A stretch of DNA of 64,000 bases from Eledone cirrhosa (taxonomy: Eukaryota). The translations under genes were made by a program, and so were the position numbers. Below the pieces are notes generated by a model. That model did no database searches. It was given only the letters and a program-made list of their open reading frames with translations, and had not been told where the DNA came from. Of the stretch, positions 56,574-64,000 are shown piece after piece; position 1 is the first letter of the stretch; the number at the start of each line of letters is the position of its first letter. The stretch spans positions 59,148,001 to 59,212,000 of the forward strand of contig OZ024743.1 of assembly GCA_964016885.1 (NCBI GenBank), in the 5' to 3' direction.

Positions 56574-58461
56574 ACACACATATATATATGTATGTGTTTT
56601 TGCATGTGCGTGTATGTATGTATGTGCTTGTGCATGTATGTTTGTATGTGAGCGTGTATATAGAGACAGATGGTTGGACAGAAGTAACAATTATCCTTGT
56701 AGACAACCAAGAGTACGCACTTAAACGCATATGAATGTGAAATGGAGTCAGATTTGTACACTTCAAACAATTATCGAATCTATTCCTGACGTTAATTTCC
56801 TTTTGCAGCTAATTACAAATCCGGTATTCTAATATCCATTGACACAAGTGAACTAGGGAAGATCTAAAGCATTATGTAATGATGTGTCATCCGTGTATGA
56901 TTTTATAAGAAATGAGCCACCGCTGCTAAGAGCGACAGATGTGGCTTGTTCAAATGCAAAACAAAGATAAGTTCAAATTCATACGAGCAGTTACTTGATT
57001 ACTGCAAAGAGTGTTGAACTACCATCAGTTCCGTAAGTTGTTTGATCAACGTCAGTTGTTTTGAAGATCATAACAGCCTGCTAGTGAATCTGAGAATTTT
57101 ATAGACGTGTGTACCTTAAACTTACTTTTCAGAGAGAGCCAGCGAGGCAGATTTGTGAGAAATCTTGCTCCTTGAATTACTGGTACAACTCATTTTCTGT
57201 TTTCGGCAAAAGTAGCCTAGAGTAGTTTGAAATACAGCAAAGGCTTAATACTTCGGGTATTAGGCTGACGATGGTTCAGTCATAACTTCATTCTCAGCCG
57301 TGCGCTGTGAACTTGAACGAAACACTTTGAAATGAAAACTAGTTACGTAATCGGCGAAACCATTTGAAACATACTTTTGTATCTATACAGACGCTTATTG
57401 ATGCATACCTTAATTTATTTAACTCGCATGCGCAGGCATCAGAATTTCATAGTGTATCATCTGTCGTAGACTTGAATGTTTATCTAATATCATTTTAACT
57501 TCACGAAAGGTGAAATATAGTCATAGCATAACTATAAAAAGATGGGATTCAAGAGGGTTTCCTAGTACTGGCTGGAATTGCTAGAAATAGCTCACACATT
57601 TCCCCAAAATAACATTCTAGTGTCATAAAAACTGACCGGTAGTTAAACATTAAATACTGGTTTCATATAATCTTAGATAAAGAAGGTTTTTAAAAATTTA
57701 GCCGGATCAAGCTGATCTGGAGACAACACAAGTCACACAGATGATTATATATCTAATGTACGCAATTAATGCATCCAACATTACGAGGGTAGTAGAAATT
57801 GGAATCAAATCAAATGCTCGGGCGTTTGGAGGGTGATATTAGAAATATATAATAAAAACTCGTCCTCAGTAACATTTGTGTATAACACATGAAATCTATA
57901 ACGTGGCTGGCGTTAATGAAATCAATTTTTGAAGTTCCTAAATAATTTTTTTTTTCCATTATATAATAATTTTTCAGATTATGACAAATTCATTAGATGG
58001 GAAAGTTGGTAATTGAGAAGTTCCGCAATAAATAAGTTTAGAAGTGTCTGCAATAATTTACGAATTCTGTATTTCATTTAAAATTGCGTAAAGATGTAAT
58101 ATTGATTTATACTTACCTGAGCGACAAAAAAAACACATTAACACCAATTTAATAATTGCTAATATTATAATCTATAGATATATATAAATAGTAAGTTGGT
58201 GAGGCGTCGGTGTGTTTGAATATATAATAGGAGAATTTATGTTAGAGGGATATTAAAAAAATTTTCTCTATTTTCTTTCCAGTGTATTTTTGTTGGTGGT
58301 GGTCTGGTAAATATAACAGAATATATCAATGCTTTAGAAAGACATACACCGTTCAGGGAACAGATATTAGGGGTAGGTATTTTTAAACAGAGCAGAAATC
58401 CATTGCGTTCCACTACTGAGAATATGTTTTACATTATACTGTGTATGAAAACAAGAGTATT

Positions 58462-58497
<36 letters not shown>

Positions 58498-58650
58498 TAA
58501 ATTAGAAAGAAAAACCCAGCTGTCATCTGACCGAATGCAAACCAACAAGTGAATACGGTGAAATACCACTACGACAGAATGTGTGGTAGCATATAAGATG
58601 GAATCGGAATAATATTCCACCACTCTCAGCCACGAGTCTATTTGTTAAAT

Positions 58651-58740
58651 CATATCTGAAGAGCTTCCGATTCCAGAGTCAGGTTCGATCATTAATAGAC
58701 CGTTCCCCGAGCTGGTCAACAGTGAAATATATGTAATACT
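58651..58740 (+). ncRNA. Possible hammerhead ribozyme with long stem II insert
   Basis: TAT CTGAAGA GCT-(~55 nt)-AGT GAAA TATATG TA ATA. Confidence 0.5.
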
Positions 58741-58796
58741 TAATTCAATTTGTGTATGATGCAACACTTATTCTATATTCCCTTATATATTAATAC

Positions 58797-58881
<85 letters not shown>

Positions 58882-58899
58882 TTATATATATACACATAT

Positions 58900-59145
58900 A
58901 CAAAGAATGAGAAACGAGGTGGACCACAACGCACCAGAGTACTTGTTGCTTAGGGTAGTAGAGTGGCTGATAGGAGAAGAGTCAAAGAGACAGGAGCCCG
59001 ACGGCTGAGCTCCGGCCTTTTGGTCAGTTAGAGCTAGCAGTCGAGATGGCCGGAGCTCAGCCGTCAGGGTCCTGACTATTTTCCTATAAATATAGATATA
59101 ATATATTAAGAATGGACGTAAAATAGCGATGATGATGATGATATA

Positions 59146-59208
<63 letters not shown>

Positions 59209-59395
59209 CGAGGGAAAAGTGGTAATGAACCAGGTGGACCATAACGCACCAAAGTACTCAATACTTAGGGTAGTAGAGTGGGTAATAGGAGTAAGTAAGA
59301 CCCCGACGGCTGAGCTCAAGCCGTTTCGACGGCTAATTCTGTACAGAATTAGCCGTCGAAACGGCTTGAGCTCAGCCGTCGGGGTCTTACTTACT

Positions 59396-59448
<53 letters not shown>

Positions 59449-59651
59449 CGAAGGAAATGTGGTAAGGAACCAGGTGGACCATAACGCACCAAAGTACTCA
59501 ATACTTAGAGTAGTAGAGTGGGTAATAGGAATGAATAGGACCCCGGCGGCTGAGCTCAAGCCGTTTCGACGGCTAATTCTGGACTCAATTAGCCGTCCAG
59601 AATTAGCCGTCGAAACGGCTTGAGCTCAGCGGTCGGGGTCCTATTCGCTCC

Positions 59652-59654
<3 letters not shown>
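58900..59654 (-). mobile_element. Three consecutive family H fold-back mini-elements (58900-59087, 59207-59400, 59447-59654) separated by (TA)n
   Basis: Each has a long arm and a short inverted arm ending at cctat or cctac. Confidence 0.85.
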
Positions 59655-59701
<47 letters not shown>

Positions 59702-59705
<4 letters not shown>

Positions 59706-61479
59706 AATTAATGAATCAGTACTCCAATGTTACTAGGTAGTCGCATTGGATGGAGTCAACCGACGTCGGAGATTGCTCAACGTATAATAAAATATGCTTT
59801 AAAATCCCGAGAAAATATGAAGAAGAAGTTTATGAAACGGAAATGCGGGTATAAAGAATATATTAGGTAACAATTGTTTCTATAGTGTGTGGGTTACCTA
59901 TACCTCGCTATTTGTATAATATAAAAATATTATCATAAATCGTAGGTACACTGTCGTCAGACCTTTATGGTAGAATGATAGGAAAATATTTTATACACTA
60001 GATACGAGAGAAAGTAGGAGGTAGGAAGGGAAGAGGAAGAGGGAAGTGAGTAAGGGGGAGGGAGTCATAGAATTCAAGACTGTCAGAGCAGTAGACATTG
60101 TATAGAAGAAAATGTTTTGGCAGCAGTTAGCCAAATGAGGCGTGTTAGGGTTGGCAGGGGAAGTAAATCCTTCTAGTGGTGTTGTTTGGGCAAAATTTAG
60201 TTAAAGCGGTCAATGTAGTACAGAATTACAGACAAGTTATTGGGGCTATTATAGTAGCAGGATATTTCTAAAGGGTCTAAAAAACAGTGTTTATTGCTAT
60301 TATTATAAAAAGCCATATCGTGTGTATAAACATATAAAAATATGAAATAAAAATAAAAATAAAAATAAAAATAAAAATAAAAATTTGCAAATGGTGGTGT
60401 AAAAAGATAACATTACATGCATTTAAAAAAAGAAAAAGTCGTTTTTAAACGATGGTTACAGTAAAGTGAACGTTCAATTTTGCTATTCAAAAGTTTGTTT
60501 TCCGACGTTAAAATGCAGTATATCTCAATATTGCATAATTTACAAAATCGTTGATTTTGCCAATATGCTGGCGCATCGCAATAATTTGCCAATCAAGGGA
60601 GAATGCTTGATTGTTCTTCCGAAGCTGCCAGGCTTTGTCGGCGAGGGTTGTTACGGAGCGCATTTTCTCATGCTTGATCGAAGATCGATGTTGATATAGG
60701 CGAGCTTTGAAAGATTTTGCGGTACATCCGACGTAATACCATTTGTTGGTTCCGGAATTTATTGTACATCGGTAGACAATATTGCGTGCTAGGCATTGGT
60801 TATTCAATCGGCACGAACCTGGTTTAGTGCAGTTACAATTATTTTTATGTTTTGCAGTAGTATCCTGGATAGTTTGGTGGGGTTGTAGCTGCGTGTTAGT
60901 GCGTTGTATGTCACTATGTTGGTGCGCTGTGTCATTAGGGATGTATTTCTTTAGTATTGTTTAGTTGAGTTTTTTTTATAATAATAGCAATAAACACTGT
61001 TTTTTAGACCCTTTAGAAATATCCTGCTACTATAATAGCCCCAATAACTTGTCTGTAATTCTGTACTACATTGACCCCTTTAACTAAATTTTGCCCAAAC
61101 AACACCACTAGAAGAATTTACTTCCCCCGCCAACCCTAACACGCCTCATTTGGCTAACTGCTGCCAAAACATTTTCTTCTATACAATCTCTACTACTCTG
61201 ACAGTCTTGAATTCTAAGACTCCCTCCCCCTTACTCACTTCCCTCTTCCTCTTCCCTTCCTACCTCTTACTTTCTCTCGTATCTAGTGTATAAAATATTT
61301 TCCTATCATTCTACCATAAAGGTCTGACGACATGGTGTGTTCTCTTACAGTGTACCTACGATTTATGATAATATTTTTTTATTATACAAATAGCGAGGTA
61401 TAGGTAACCCACATACTATAGAAACAATTGTTACCTAATATATTATTTATGCCCGCATTTCCGTTTCATAAACTTCTTC

Positions 61480-61484
<5 letters not shown>
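59702..61484 (-). mobile_element. 5'-truncated PLE (GIY-YIG and 3'UTR) with an ~500-bp inverted 3'UTR copy
   Basis: CNCTKPGSCRLNNQCLARNIVYRC..YYVGCTAKSFKARLYQH. Arms ~59816-60310 and ~60975-61484. Confidence 0.88.
61320..61436 (+). ncRNA. Hammerhead ribozyme with ~90-nt stem II domain (inverse copy at 59865-59964 carries a small deletion)
   Basis: AGGT CTGACGA C ATGGTGTG...CATACTAT A GAAA CAATTG TT ACCT. Confidence 0.75.
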
Positions 61485-61524
<40 letters not shown>

Positions 61525-61685
61525 TATAAAGTATTTCCATAGAATCATTTGATAATATATATACACCATTTTCTCTCCCAATTAGCATAATCAACCACAC
61601 AAAAAAACAATTAAACCAGGCTATAAGATTAAAAGGCACCTATGAAGAAATAGTAGATAAATAAACGACAGCCATCTATTCGCGA

Positions 61686-63991
<2,306 letters not shown>

Positions 63992-64000
63992 GTATGTATA

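Noticed and set aside
58882-59654. CRISPR-like array, or 225-aa and 164-aa repeat proteins
   Set aside because: The repeats are ~190-bp fold-back elements separated by (TA)n, with no unique spacers and no cas genes; the ORFs are incidental.

Overview
AT-rich animal genomic DNA made almost entirely of repeats; no host protein-coding exon is recognisable. The dense (TA)n/(CA)n microsatellites and tRNA-derived SINEs suggest a cephalopod such as Octopus, which is inference only. The window holds decayed retrotransposons (an L1/Tx1 LINE, R4/Dong-like and CRE-like RLE elements, RTE and CR1/L2 fragments), a complete hAT (Buster/Charlie-type) transposon with TIRs and an 8-bp TSD nested in a Penelope RT, a mariner fragment and two SINE families. 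At least seven Penelope-like element (PLE) remnants are present. The main signal is a (TA)n-targeted retroelement system built around type I hammerhead ribozymes (HHRs). About 20 HHR motifs, intact or decayed, can be read by eye, mostly with palindromic stem III and several with very long stem II inserts. Two elements have no credible ORF and consist of a circularly permuted 467-nt or 529-nt unit with one HHR per unit, so they are retrozyme/circRNA candidates. About 11 insertions share one fold-back geometry: a 3' copy with a tail plus an inverted copy lacking that tail. All calls come from manual reading, and boundaries are approximate unless a TSD or TIR is cited.
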